A DNA stretch of 64,000 nt. It comes from Escherichia coli. GTDB taxonomy: Bacteria > Pseudomonadota > Gammaproteobacteria > Enterobacterales > Enterobacteriaceae. The first letter of the stretch is position 1, and each line of letters begins with the position of its first letter. The stretch is taken from NCBI RefSeq assembly GCF_044324875.1, contig NZ_CP172185.1, one strand, 5' to 3'. The notes beneath the pieces were generated by a model. It was not told the origin of the DNA. It ran no database searches and saw only the letters and a program-made list of their open reading frames with translations. The translations under genes were made by a program, and so were the position numbers. Positions 44,499 to 54,974 of the stretch are shown piece after piece.

Positions 44499-45017
44499 TT
44501 ATGCTTCCAGCGGTGCACGCCAGTCATCGGCACCAGAAGTACCGGATTTGATGTGCTCCCACTCAACCTTACGGTATGCCAGTGATACTGCGAGCAATTG
44601 CGTAAACTCACGCTGTGCAGGGTCCTGGCAGTGCGGCATGTGCAGGTTCATGTCCACAATCGTCGCGTCAGTAAGACGTGTGGTGAAGTAGTGCTCCTGC
44701 TTGCCTTCAACTGAAGTACGCCACCAGTGCAGCTCCACTTTCGGCAGCATTTCACCGGAGGCCAGCGCGTTGTACAGCAGCGGAACGGCTTTGTTCAGCG
44801 CCACGGTGAAAATGAACGGTTTGTGCGCGCGCTGCCCGGAAGGTTGACCAGACTGTGGATCGGTTGGAACAGTAACGTTATGCAGAAACTCCTGCACCAG
44901 CATTTCATCTTCGTGTCCCTGCACGTAGATATTGCCGACAGAATCTGCGGTGAAAGCACCGGCAGTGATGTTCCCCTGGGTCTGACCTGTAATTGAAATG
45001 TAACATGGGGTTGGCAT
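44499..45017 (-). CDS. hcp: T6SS inner tube protein Hcp
   Basis: 172-aa ORF MPTPCYISITGQTQGNITAGAF... typical Hcp. Confidence 0.9.
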   Translation of the reverse strand: MPTPCYISITGQTQGNITAGAFTADSVGNIYVQGHEDEMLVQEFLHNVTVPTDPQSGQPSGQRAHKPFIFTVALNKAVPLLYNALASGEMLPKVELHWWRTSVEGKQEHYFTTRLTDATIVDMNLHMPHCQDPAQREFTQLLAVSLAYRKVEWEHIKSGTSGADDWRAPLEA

Positions 45018-45396
45018 TTATGAACTCCTTGTGAAATTATCAACTGCTGTTTTACGAACAACCCGTCGTTAATCCCCGACGGGTTAGAGTGTGATGCGGC
45101 TCACATCAGGAACCACACCCTTTTCTTTATTCGAGTTACAGGCACACGTAATTAGCACCTACTGAAAAACTCTTTTATGGTGTTTAAATATATTTTTAGT
45201 CAATTTCAGAACACGGTCACATAAGCTAAAAATATATCAACTTCAACAGCAGAATTATCCATAACGTATCCTTCCCCCCATAAAAATCCACAGCCGCGTC
45301 AAAAACAAATTATTACGACACTTACTCAGCCATCGTTCCAGCACGCAATTAAGACATTCCTTAAAGGAATTCCTTATGATGTATTTCCAGCAATTA

Positions 45397-45406
45397 ATCA
45401 ATTGAT
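45397..45406. promoter_or_regulatory. Perfect 10-bp palindrome in the divergent hcp/tssB control region (candidate regulator binding site)
   Basis: ATCAATTGAT within AATTAATCAATTGATAAAA in the ~700-bp AT-rich intergenic region; resembles AT-rich Fur-type half sites but not verified. Confidence 0.2.
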
Positions 45407-45719
45407 AAAACCATACATAAAACTTATTAATAAATTTAATAAATACATATAAATCAATATATTATGGCATTTTATTGACCGTAAAATCATATTCATCAAG
45501 TCTATAAATACCAAAATTTATTTCACTATAATATATTAGCAAGGAAGAATACATCTCTTTCTAAAATATAAATAGTTCTTTTAATATTTTATTTCATGAG
45601 TAGAATACCGATCACAACAGAAGGAAGGTTACATTATCTAACTGCCACTGAAACGGTATCTTCGGTATTTTTATGCAGTACGAAAATGCTGTGCTCATGG
45701 CCTGAACGGGAACATTTTT

Positions 45720-46223
45720 ATGAGCAAAATGAACAACAATGGCGGCAGTGTCGCGCCGAAAGAAAGAATCAGCGTTCGGTATACACCAAAAGTTGATGGG
45801 GTGGCTGCTGATATCGAATTGCCGCTGAATTTATTGATCACCGGCAATCTGAAAGGGAAACCAGATAACACGCCGTTGGACGAGCGAACTGCCATTGCTA
45901 TCAACCGCTATAACCTCAACGCAGTCATTTCAGAAGCTGACATTGAACGGGAGTTTGTTGTTCCGGCTGAACTCAGTGACGCTCCCAATGAGCAAATGTA
46001 CGTCAACCTGAAAGTCAAATCTATGGATGACCTTTCTCCGGACCATATTGCCAGCCAGGTACCAGAAATAAAACGTCTGCTCGAATTGCGTGAAGCTCTG
46101 GTCGCACTTAAGTCTCCACTAGGCAATATTCCGGCCTTCCGCGCACAACTTCAGGCGCTACTGGAAAACGAAGACAGCCGCGAGCAGCTGATCCAAGAAC
46201 TGGGTATCGCCGCTCAGAAATAA
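45720..46223 (+). CDS. tssB: T6SS contractile sheath small subunit
   Basis: 167-aa ORF, first gene after the divergent promoter region, followed by tssC. Confidence 0.9.
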   Translation: MSKMNNNGGSVAPKERISVRYTPKVDGVAADIELPLNLLITGNLKGKPDNTPLDERTAIAINRYNLNAVISEADIEREFVVPAELSDAPNEQMYVNLKVKSMDDLSPDHIASQVPEIKRLLELREALVALKSPLGNIPAFRAQLQALLENEDSREQLIQELGIAAQK

Positions 46224-46245
46224 TTTTCACAGAAGGATTTTCAGT

Positions 46246-47730
46246 ATGTCAGTAAAGGAAGATATTGCTCCCGTCAGCGCGTCGCAAACCGCCGCGCCCC
46301 CATCTCTGCTTGATGAAATCATGGCGCAAACCCGCGTCCAGCCTAAATCAGAAAGCTACGATATCACCCGCCAGGGCGTGAGCGCCTTTATTGCCGCCAT
46401 GTTACAGGGCGACAGTAGCGCTGAACCTATCAATATCCTGGCCGTTGACGCCATGATTGCTGATATTGATGCCCGAACCAGCAGGCAGATGGATGCCATT
46501 ATTCATGCCCCGGAGTTTCAGGAACTGGAATCCCTGCTGCGCTCGCTGAAGCTGCTGGTTGAACGCGCGGATACACGGGAAAACATCAAGGTCCATTTCC
46601 TGAATGTCACTCAGGAAGAACTGCTGGATGATTTCGAATTTGCACCTGAAATCACGCAGTCTGCGTATTACAAGCATGTATATTCAAGCGGTTACGGACA
46701 ATTTGGCGGTGAGCCAGTGGCGGCGGTAATCGGCAACTTTGCCTTTAAGAACACCACGCCGGATATGAAGTTGCTGAAATATATCAGCCAGGTCAGTGCG
46801 ATGGCGCACAGCCCGTTCCTCTCATCAGTATCATCCGAATTTTTCGGTCTGGACTCATGGACAGAGTTACCAGGGATCAAAGAACCAGGAGCAATCTTTG
46901 AAGGCCCGGCCTATTCCCGCTGGCGTGCCTTGCGTGAATCTGAAGATTCACGCTACCTGGGACTGACTGCCCCCCGGTTCCTGCTGCGTCACCCTTACTC
47001 GCCAGATGAGAACCCAGCCAGGACCTTCCGTTACCATGAAGACGTCAGCCAGAGTCACGAGTCTTATTTGTGGGGGAACACCTCGTTTTTACTAGCTGCG
47101 AACCTGGCTGAAAGTTTTGCTAAATATCGCTGGTGTCCCAATATCATTGGCCCTTCCAGCGGCGGCGCAGTCAAAGACCTCCCGGTGCATCTGTATGAAT
47201 CCATGGGGCAAATGCAGGCAAAAATTCCGACTGAAGTGTTGATCACTGACCGGAGAGAGTATGAGCTGGCGGAAGAAGGCTTTATCACACTGACCATGCG
47301 TAAAGGATCTGATAATGCGTGCTTTTTCTCGGCCAACTCGGTGCAGAAACCCAAAAAATTCCCCAAAACCCCCGAAGGCAAGGCTGCGGAGACCAACTAT
47401 AAACTCGGCACTCAGCTGCCATACTTATTTGTAATCAGTAGGTTAGCGCATTACATCAAGGTAATTCAGCGCGAACAGCTTGGCTCATGGAAAGAACGCA
47501 GTGACCTGGAGCGTGAGCTGAACACCTGGATTCGCCAGTATGTGGCCGACCAGGAGAATCCGCCTGCCGAAGTCCGCAGCCACCGACCATTACGTCAGGC
47601 GAAGATCGAGGTACTTGATGTGGATGGTGAGCCAGGCTGGTACCAGGTCGCGATTTCTGTCAGACCGCATTTTAAATACATGGGTGCCAGTTTCGACCTG
47701 AGTCTGGTCGGACGACTGGATAAGGAATAA
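46246..47730 (+). CDS. tssC: T6SS contractile sheath large subunit
   Basis: 494-aa ORF directly after tssB. Confidence 0.9.
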   Translation: MSVKEDIAPVSASQTAAPPSLLDEIMAQTRVQPKSESYDITRQGVSAFIAAMLQGDSSAEPINILAVDAMIADIDARTSRQMDAIIHAPEFQELESLLRSLKLLVERADTRENIKVHFLNVTQEELLDDFEFAPEITQSAYYKHVYSSGYGQFGGEPVAAVIGNFAFKNTTPDMKLLKYISQVSAMAHSPFLSSVSSEFFGLDSWTELPGIKEPGAIFEGPAYSRWRALRESEDSRYLGLTAPRFLLRHPYSPDENPARTFRYHEDVSQSHESYLWGNTSFLLAANLAESFAKYRWCPNIIGPSSGGAVKDLPVHLYESMGQMQAKIPTEVLITDRREYELAEEGFITLTMRKGSDNACFFSANSVQKPKKFPKTPEGKAAETNYKLGTQLPYLFVISRLAHYIKVIQREQLGSWKERSDLERELNTWIRQYVADQENPPAEVRSHRPLRQAKIEVLDVDGEPGWYQVAISVRPHFKYMGASFDLSLVGRLDKE

Positions 47731-47734
47731 TCAG

Positions 47735-48160
47735 ATGCAAAGACGGGATTCAGGGCCAACCAGCAGTCTTTTTGAACGTATTCGTGAGGCGGCCAACCCG
47801 CCTTCATACCAGAATACAAAAGAAGCACTGATACGTTCCATCAGACGTAACCTGCGACAGGTCCTGAATACCCGCTCCGGCAGTTGTTATGGCTCACCAG
47901 AGCTGGGGATTACTGATTTAAATGATGAATCGCTGGCCTCCAGCGATTTCAGACGAGAAATCCGTAAGTCCATTAGCCAGTGCATTTTACATTACGAACC
48001 TCGTATTACCGATGTTGTTGTTACGGCTGCGGCACCGGATGAATACGCCCCTGTGGAACTACGTTTTCATATTGTGGCTACGGTCGATGTCAGCGAAACC
48101 AGGGGAGTGTTTGAATTTGACATTTTGCTGGACAATCATCAACGCTATTGTGTGGAGTGA
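47735..48160 (+). CDS. tssE: T6SS baseplate protein (gp25-like)
   Basis: 141-aa ORF, gp25-like lysozyme-fold baseplate subunit. Confidence 0.8.
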   Translation: MQRRDSGPTSSLFERIREAANPPSYQNTKEALIRSIRRNLRQVLNTRSGSCYGSPELGITDLNDESLASSDFRREIRKSISQCILHYEPRITDVVVTAAAPDEYAPVELRFHIVATVDVSETRGVFEFDILLDNHQRYCVE

Positions 48161-50007
48161 TCTCTGTGGCTTTTGAAGAACGTTACTACCGCGAAGAGCT
48201 GGATTATCTTCGCCAGCTTGGCAAACTGCTGGCGCAGGAAAAACCACATCTGGCCCACTTTCTGGCCGAGAAAGAGGGTGATCCGGACGTGGAGCGTCTG
48301 ATGGAAGCCTTTGCCTTTATGTCCGGTAGCCTGCGTCAGAAACTTGAGGACGAATTCCCCGAATTCACCCATGGGCTAATCCGTATGCTGTGGGCAAACT
48401 ATTTACGCCCAGTTCCGGCCATGACGGTTATTGCCTATGAACCCAAAACCGATCAGTTAAAAGTCCCTGTTCAAGTCTGCCGTAATGAACTGATCAGAAG
48501 CCGCTCAGAAAAGTCCGCCCTGGCTGCTCAGAAGGTGCTGTCTGACAATCATGATAAAATCGTTTCTTCCGTAGCCTGTCATTTCACGCTGGCGCGCGAT
48601 ATCTGGCTGCAACCACTGCGCATTCTCGACACCCACAACGCCAGCAGCCTGAAAGAAGGCATCATAGATATCAGTTTTACCGCAGATAACAATGTCTCCC
48701 CCGCCATGCTTGACCTGAACAAAATAACGTTCTGGCTGGGTAATGAAGACGATTATACCCGACACCAACTTTATCTGTGGTTTTGCGAATGCCTGATGGA
48801 TGCGGAACTGATTGCCGGAGAGTACCGCCTGCCGCTGCCGGATCTGTGGCTGGAGGCCGCCGGATTTGAAAACCAGGACGCACTGCTGCCGTGGCCGAAA
48901 AATGTCCACAGCGGCTATCGGGTACTCCAGGAGTATTTCTGCTATCCCGAAGCCTTCTTTTTTTTCCATCTGCGCGATGTTGCGCCACTACCGGACGATT
49001 TCCCGGCCAGCGCGTTTACGCTGCGCCTGCACTTTAACCGCCCGTTACCTGCCGACATCAAGCTACGCCGGGACTCACTGCGTCTGCACTGTACGCCAGC
49101 CATTAACCTGTTTACGCATTATGCGGAACCCGTCAGGCCTGATGGGCGGATAGCGGAATACCCGCTGCGCGCCAGCCACCGGCATCCCGACGCTTATGAC
49201 ATTTTTCAGATAAGCACAGTCACCAGCAAAGTCAAAGTTTCAGGTACTGAATCCAACCCTGGCAGCCAGGCGCGTGTCTGGCCCGAATTTGAAAGTTTCC
49301 AGCACCAGATGGAGTACAGCCGCCAGCGGGAAGTCGTCTACTGGCATCACCGGACTAAAACATCCCTGTTTCACCGCGGGCTTGAACATAGTATCGCCTT
49401 TGTCCATGCGGACGGCAGCATTCCGGACAGCTCACGGTTTAATGATGATGTGATCACCACGTCATTAATCTGTACCAACCGTATGATCCCTGCTCGGCTG
49501 CATATCGGCGATATCTGCGTGGCCGTCAACAAAAACCCGGCGGTGGCCTCATTTCATAATGTCACACGCCCGACGCAGCCGCTCTGGCCAGTCACGGACG
49601 GCGACATGCACTGGTCGCTGATTTCCGCGATGAACCTGAACTACCTATCCCTGCTGGACAGGGAGACACTGATCCAGATCCTGCGGACCTTCGACCTGCC
49701 AGGCGCTCACCATCCGCAGCGGGCCAGACTGTCGCGCCAGAAACTGGATGCCATAGAAAAACTCGAAACCAAACCTGTTGACAGGTTGTTTAAAGGCGTG
49801 CCGGTTCGCGGGCTGGCGACCACGCTGTGGATACGTCCCGATCCATTTATCTGCGAAGGTGAAATTTATCTTCTTGGTACAGTGCTCTCGCACTTTTTTG
49901 CTCTCTACGCCAGCATCAATTCGTACCACTGTCTGAAAATCATCAACACGGAAAGTCAGGAGGCCTGGGAATGGCAGGAGAAAATGGGTCAGCACGCCCT
50001 TATATAG
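48148..50007 (+). CDS. tssF: T6SS baseplate protein TssF
   Basis: 619-aa ORF overlapping the tssE stop. Confidence 0.85.
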   Translation: MCGVISVAFEERYYREELDYLRQLGKLLAQEKPHLAHFLAEKEGDPDVERLMEAFAFMSGSLRQKLEDEFPEFTHGLIRMLWANYLRPVPAMTVIAYEPKTDQLKVPVQVCRNELIRSRSEKSALAAQKVLSDNHDKIVSSVACHFTLARDIWLQPLRILDTHNASSLKEGIIDISFTADNNVSPAMLDLNKITFWLGNEDDYTRHQLYLWFCECLMDAELIAGEYRLPLPDLWLEAAGFENQDALLPWPKNVHSGYRVLQEYFCYPEAFFFFHLRDVAPLPDDFPASAFTLRLHFNRPLPADIKLRRDSLRLHCTPAINLFTHYAEPVRPDGRIAEYPLRASHRHPDAYDIFQISTVTSKVKVSGTESNPGSQARVWPEFESFQHQMEYSRQREVVYWHHRTKTSLFHRGLEHSIAFVHADGSIPDSSRFNDDVITTSLICTNRMIPARLHIGDICVAVNKNPAVASFHNVTRPTQPLWPVTDGDMHWSLISAMNLNYLSLLDRETLIQILRTFDLPGAHHPQRARLSRQKLDAIEKLETKPVDRLFKGVPVRGLATTLWIRPDPFICEGEIYLLGTVLSHFFALYASINSYHCLKIINTESQEAWEWQEKMGQHALI

Positions 50008-51020
50008 CGACAAAACCGCCGTTATCGGCGGATGTGCGCAACTGCAATTTCTATGTGCTGATGGAGGCGCTGTACCGTCGGTATGGCGCTCCGGGCCAGG
50101 ATATTTCCCTGCGTACCGAGCCAGCCCAAGAGATCGTGCGTTTCAGCTCTGACGCCAATATCGGTTTTCCGGGTACGGACCTGAGTGTGCTTTCCCGTAG
50201 CCAGAACGGACAGTATGTACTGCAAACCCGTTTCCTGGGCTTTTCCGGCAGCCAGTCGCCGCTACCGGGCTATTATCTGGATCAGATGGCGCAGGAGTCC
50301 GCACAGAACGAAGACGGCCTGAAAGAATTTCTCGATCTATTCAGCCACCGCTGGACACAGTTTGCCTATCATGCCTGGCGCAAATACCGCTACTACATCT
50401 GCTTTCGTAACGGCGGTACTGACACCTTTTCACAGCGCATGTACGCACTGGTCGGGCTGGGTAATCAGAGCGTGCGTGACAGGCTTGCCATTAACCACAG
50501 CAAAATGCTGGCCTACGCCGGAATTCTGGCAACACCAGGCCGCGCGCCGGAGGTTATCTGTAATCTGGTGTCGCACTGTTTTGATTTGCCGGATGTCACC
50601 ATTGAACGCTGGCAACTGCGTAAAGTCGCCATTGATCCGGCACACCAGAACCGGCTGGGTGTACGTAATCCGAAAGGAAAAACGGCTGGACATATTCCGG
50701 GACGCTCCATACTCGGCGTTAATTTTACCCTCGGCGCACGGGTGCCGGATCGCAGCGGAAAATTCCTGTTGCAGATTGGCGGCCTGTCGCGGGAGCGTTA
50801 TCTCTCATTTTTACCCGATGGCGAAAATCACCTGCCGCTGACCATGTTCCTTTCCTTTATTCTGCGCGACCAGTTTGCCTGGGATTTACGGCTGTGCCTA
50901 GCACCACAGCAGGCTAAAGGGATGCGCCTTGGCGATCCTGCCAGCTCCCGCCTCGGCAGAACCAGCTTTATTGGTCAGCCGAAAGTACCGCCCGCCATCA
51001 CAATCCGAATCAGGGAATAA
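49971..51020 (+). CDS. tssG: T6SS baseplate protein TssG
   Basis: 349-aa ORF overlapping the tssF 3' end; exact start uncertain. Confidence 0.8.
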   Translation: MAGENGSARPYIATKPPLSADVRNCNFYVLMEALYRRYGAPGQDISLRTEPAQEIVRFSSDANIGFPGTDLSVLSRSQNGQYVLQTRFLGFSGSQSPLPGYYLDQMAQESAQNEDGLKEFLDLFSHRWTQFAYHAWRKYRYYICFRNGGTDTFSQRMYALVGLGNQSVRDRLAINHSKMLAYAGILATPGRAPEVICNLVSHCFDLPDVTIERWQLRKVAIDPAHQNRLGVRNPKGKTAGHIPGRSILGVNFTLGARVPDRSGKFLLQIGGLSRERYLSFLPDGENHLPLTMFLSFILRDQFAWDLRLCLAPQQAKGMRLGDPASSRLGRTSFIGQPKVPPAITIRIRE

Positions 51021-51026
51021 TTCTAT

Positions 51027-52317
51027 GGAACCACTTATGGCTGAGGAAAAACAGCAATCCCGCCAGGCCTCACTGACTTTACAGGTGATGAATGGCAACG
51101 AACTGGAAAGCGGACGCGCCGCAAAATGCCTGTTCAGCGAAAACGGCGGTGATATTGGCCATACGCCGGAATGTCACTGGCAGGTACAGGACCGGGCGGG
51201 AAGCATTGCTGCGCGTGCCTGTACCGTTATCCGGCACGACGGAGCCTATTGCCTGCGGTGCCTGACGCCGGGACTGATGATTAATCTGGCCCCGGTCTCT
51301 TCCGATGCGCTCATCCGCCTGCGCCAGGGGGATGAGATCCAGCTCGGCGCACTGGCGCTGAAAGTGTTTCTGCATGACGGTGTAGCTGTTATCTATGACG
51401 AGCGGATGGCGACCCCGGAAACGATTGTAATGAACCGCGACAGTCTGGCGGACACCCTGTTGACCACCGAGGGACAACCGGCGTATCCGGGAATGCCGTT
51501 CCAGCATCAGCTTGCCCCCACGGTTGCGCACGGTTTTTCCAGCGATCCGCTCCAGGCACTCCAGACGGAAAGCCTGATGGTGGCAGATGATCCGATCGCC
51601 CCACGCGTTTCCCGGCCCGTTGCCCCCGCCTCCGATCTGACAGGTGCAAACGGGATCAACACGCCGTTTATGGATCTGCCGCCCGGCAATGCCCGTCATG
51701 AGGACGGCGATGAATTTTCTGCCATGGCGCAGTACCACCTGGCCGTAACCCCGCTGCTGCGCGGTATGGAGTGTCCGCTGACGCTGCACAATTCTCAGGA
51801 TGCGGATGAGTTTCTCGAAGAGGCCGGACGGGCGTTGCAGGCCGCCATTAAGGGATTGCTGAGTCTGCAACAACAACAGAACAGCCTGTCGGATAAACAC
51901 CTGCGTCCACTGGAAGACAACCCGTTGCGCCTTGATATGGACTATCCCACCGCGCTGAACGTCATGTTCGCCGAGGGTAAAAGCCCGGTACATCTCGCCG
52001 CACCTGCGGCCATCGCCGAAAGCCTGCGCAACATCCGGCATCATGAAGAGGCCAACCGGGCGGCGATTGTGGAAGCGTTGCGTGTCATGCTGGACGCCTT
52101 CTCGCCGGGCAACCTGATGCGCCGCTTTGCGCAATACCGCCGCAGCCATGAGCTGCGCCAGAAAATGGACAACGCCTGGGCATGGCAGATGTACAGCAAC
52201 TATTACGATGAACTGGCCTCCAGCCGACAGCAGGGATTTGAAATGCTGTTCAATGAAGTTTATGCCCAGGTCTATGACCGGGTGCTGCGCGAAAAACAGC
52301 GGGAGCCGGAAGCATGA
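51027..52317 (+). CDS. tagH: T6SS-associated FHA-domain protein (TagH/Fha-like)
   Basis: N-terminal region reads as an FHA fold (…GHTPECHWQVQD…VIRHDGAYCLRCL…GLMINLAP…GDEIQLG); rest of protein uncharacterised. Confidence 0.6.
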
Positions 52318-52838
52318 ACGGCAAAGCGTTTCTGGCCTGCGTTCTGATGAGCGTTGTGTTAACTGGCTGTGAAACAGCGAAAAAAATCAGCCAGGTGATC
52401 CGCAATCCGGATATTCAGGTCGGAAAGCTGATGGATCAGTCAACCGAGCTGACCGTCACGCTGCTGACCGAGCCGGACAGCAACCTGACGGCGGACGGTG
52501 AAGCCGCGCCGGTGGATGTCCAGTTGGTGTATCTGAGCGACGACTCCAAATTCCAGGCCGCCGATTACGATCAGATTGCCACCACCGCGCTGCCCGACGT
52601 GCTGGGGAAGAACTATATCGATCACCAGGACTTCAACCTGTTGCCGGACACCGTAAAAACACTGCCGCCGATCAAGCTGGATGAGAAAACCGGTTATATC
52701 GGTGTCATTGCCTATTTTTCAGACGACCAGGCCACAGAATGGAAACAAATTGAGCCGGTAGAAAGTATCGGCCACCACTATCGCCTGCTGGTGCATATCC
52801 GCGCCAGTGCGATTGAGATGAAAAAAGAGGAAAACTGA
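52314..52838 (+). CDS. tssJ: T6SS outer-membrane lipoprotein TssJ
   Basis: 174-aa ORF with lipoprotein signal and lipobox (VVLTGC). Confidence 0.8.
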   Translation: MNGKAFLACVLMSVVLTGCETAKKISQVIRNPDIQVGKLMDQSTELTVTLLTEPDSNLTADGEAAPVDVQLVYLSDDSKFQAADYDQIATTALPDVLGKNYIDHQDFNLLPDTVKTLPPIKLDEKTGYIGVIAYFSDDQATEWKQIEPVESIGHHYRLLVHIRASAIEMKKEEN

Positions 52839-52840
52839 CG

Positions 52841-54187
52841 ATGGCAACAATGAAAAACAAGGTGATCTGGCAGGAAGGGCTGTTTGCCCTGCCGCAGCAT
52901 TTTCAGCAACAGCAGCGTCATTGCGAGTACCTGCTGAACCGTCGTCTGGATGCACTGGGTGATTTTTTCTGGGGCTTTACGGAACTCTCCATCAATACCG
53001 AACTGCTTGCCCAGGGCAAAATCATGATTGACCGTGCGGCGGGCTGTATGCCTGACGGCACCGTATTCAGCATTCCCGACCAGGATCTGCTGCCGGAACC
53101 TTTCCAGCCGGGAACCCTTTCATCGAAAGAGAGCCACAATATTTATCTGGCGCTGCCTGTAATCAGCGACGTGATCAATGAAATCCAGGGGTTGCACAGC
53201 GCCGGTCAGGGTACGGAGCGTTACCGCCTCACCCATACCCGCGTCCGTGATTTTCACACTGACGAAGGCGACGAACAGCCGGTCGGTCTGGGGCAGTTGA
53301 TCCCCAGGATAGTCAGCGGCGCAGATGATCTCAGCGCGATGGTGACCCTCCCCCTGTGCCGTATCCTCAATAAAAATGCTACCGGCGCACTGGTGCTGGA
53401 CAACACCTTTATTCCCACCATTCAGGCCGTCCGTGTCAGCGGGTTGCTCGGGGCATTCTCCGGCGAGGTGCAGGGGCTGCTTGCCACCCGCGCCGCCGAC
53501 CTGGCCGGGCGCATCGGTTCGCCTGAACAGAGCGGGATCGCCGATGTGGCCGAATTTATGATGTTGCAGATGCTTAACCGCCATCAAATGCAGTTCACGC
53601 ACCGTTCACAACTGCACACGCTGCATCCGGAAGCCTTCTACCAAGATCTGGTGGGGCTGCTGGGAGAACTGATGACCTTTACCGAAGGTAATCGCCTGCC
53701 CTGCACCGTGGAGCCGTATAATCACCGGGATCTTACCGCGACCTTCACCAGAACCGTGATCCCGGAACTGCGGCGCGCACTCAATACCGTACTGGTGCCG
53801 CGTGCGCAGAATCTGCCGCTGTTCTTTTCAGAGGGGACCTGGATCGCCACCATCAGCGATCCCACACTGTTGCAGTCCTGCAAGCTGGTACTGGCAGTGC
53901 GCGCCAGGATGCCCTACGACCAGGTACAACGCCAGTTCATCCAGCAGTCAAAAGTGGCCGCTACCGACAAAATCCGCAGCGTGGTCAGCGTGCAGGTGCC
54001 GGGTATTCCGCTGCACACTCTTACCGCTGCGCCGCGTCAGTTGCCCTGGCATGAAGGTTATGTTTACTTCGAACTGGAAAAAGGCACCCCAGCCTGGCAG
54101 GACGTGATAAAAGCGGGCGCGCTGGCGCTGCATATCTCCGGCACCTTCCCCGATCTGAACCTTCAGCTCTGGGCGATAAGGGGATAA
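52841..54187 (+). CDS. tssK: T6SS baseplate/membrane-complex connector TssK
   Basis: 448-aa ORF between tssJ and tssL. Confidence 0.85.
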   Translation: MATMKNKVIWQEGLFALPQHFQQQQRHCEYLLNRRLDALGDFFWGFTELSINTELLAQGKIMIDRAAGCMPDGTVFSIPDQDLLPEPFQPGTLSSKESHNIYLALPVISDVINEIQGLHSAGQGTERYRLTHTRVRDFHTDEGDEQPVGLGQLIPRIVSGADDLSAMVTLPLCRILNKNATGALVLDNTFIPTIQAVRVSGLLGAFSGEVQGLLATRAADLAGRIGSPEQSGIADVAEFMMLQMLNRHQMQFTHRSQLHTLHPEAFYQDLVGLLGELMTFTEGNRLPCTVEPYNHRDLTATFTRTVIPELRRALNTVLVPRAQNLPLFFSEGTWIATISDPTLLQSCKLVLAVRARMPYDQVQRQFIQQSKVAATDKIRSVVSVQVPGIPLHTLTAAPRQLPWHEGYVYFELEKGTPAWQDVIKAGALALHISGTFPDLNLQLWAIRG

Positions 54188-54191
54188 GTGA

Positions 54192-54965
54192 ATGAGCGAT
54201 ATCAGCGATATGGGTGAACCGTCGGTTTTTCCCATGGAGCCGGAGAGCGGAACATCAGGACGTCAGTACCGTCTCGCCCTTCGCGGCAACAGCCTGAACC
54301 CAATGATTGACGCCGCCACGCCGTTGCTCGGCATGGTGATGCGTCTGTCCACCATGAACAGCCAGGCCATGCCGGAACATCTGTTTGCCCAGGTGGTAAC
54401 CGATGTCCAGGCTGTGGAACAACTACTCCAGGAGCAGGGTTACGAGCCGGGCGTCATTGTTTCGTTCCGCTACATTCTCTGCACGTTTATTGACGAAGCG
54501 GCGCTGGGCAACGGCTGGTCCAACAAAAACGAATGGATAAAACAGTCGCTACTGGTTCATTTCCATAACGAAGCCTGGGGCGGCGAGAAAGTGTTTATCC
54601 TGCTCGAACGCCTGATCCGGGAGCCGGTACGTTACCAGGATCTGCTGGAATTTTTATACCTCTGCTTTTCGCTGGGCTTTCGCGGGCGCTACAAGGTTGC
54701 CATTCAGCAACAGGATGAATTTGAGCGGATCTACCAGCGCCTGCACCATGCCCTGCACAAACTGCGCGGTGACGCGCCATTTCCGCTGCTTCACCAGAAG
54801 AACAACATACAGGGCGGGCGTTATCAGTTAATCCGGCGGCTGACCATCAGGCATGTACTGTGCGGCGGTCTTGTTGTGCTGGCCGTATTTTATCTGTTTT
54901 ATCTGCTGCGTCTGGACAGCCAGACACAGGATATTCTGCATCAGCTCAATAAATTACTCCGATAA
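54192..54965 (+). CDS. tssL: T6SS membrane complex protein TssL (DotU-like)
   Basis: 257-aa ORF with single C-terminal TM helix (VLCGGLVVLAVFYLFYLL). Confidence 0.8.
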   Translation: MSDISDMGEPSVFPMEPESGTSGRQYRLALRGNSLNPMIDAATPLLGMVMRLSTMNSQAMPEHLFAQVVTDVQAVEQLLQEQGYEPGVIVSFRYILCTFIDEAALGNGWSNKNEWIKQSLLVHFHNEAWGGEKVFILLERLIREPVRYQDLLEFLYLCFSLGFRGRYKVAIQQQDEFERIYQRLHHALHKLRGDAPFPLLHQKNNIQGGRYQLIRRLTIRHVLCGGLVVLAVFYLFYLLRLDSQTQDILHQLNKLLR

Positions 54966-54974
54966 GGACATCTT

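Noticed and set aside
51079-52149. 356-aa minus-strand ORF overlapping tagH
   Set aside because: Antisense to the T6SS FHA-protein gene in a GC-rich region; low-complexity translation; no signal supporting a real overlapping gene.
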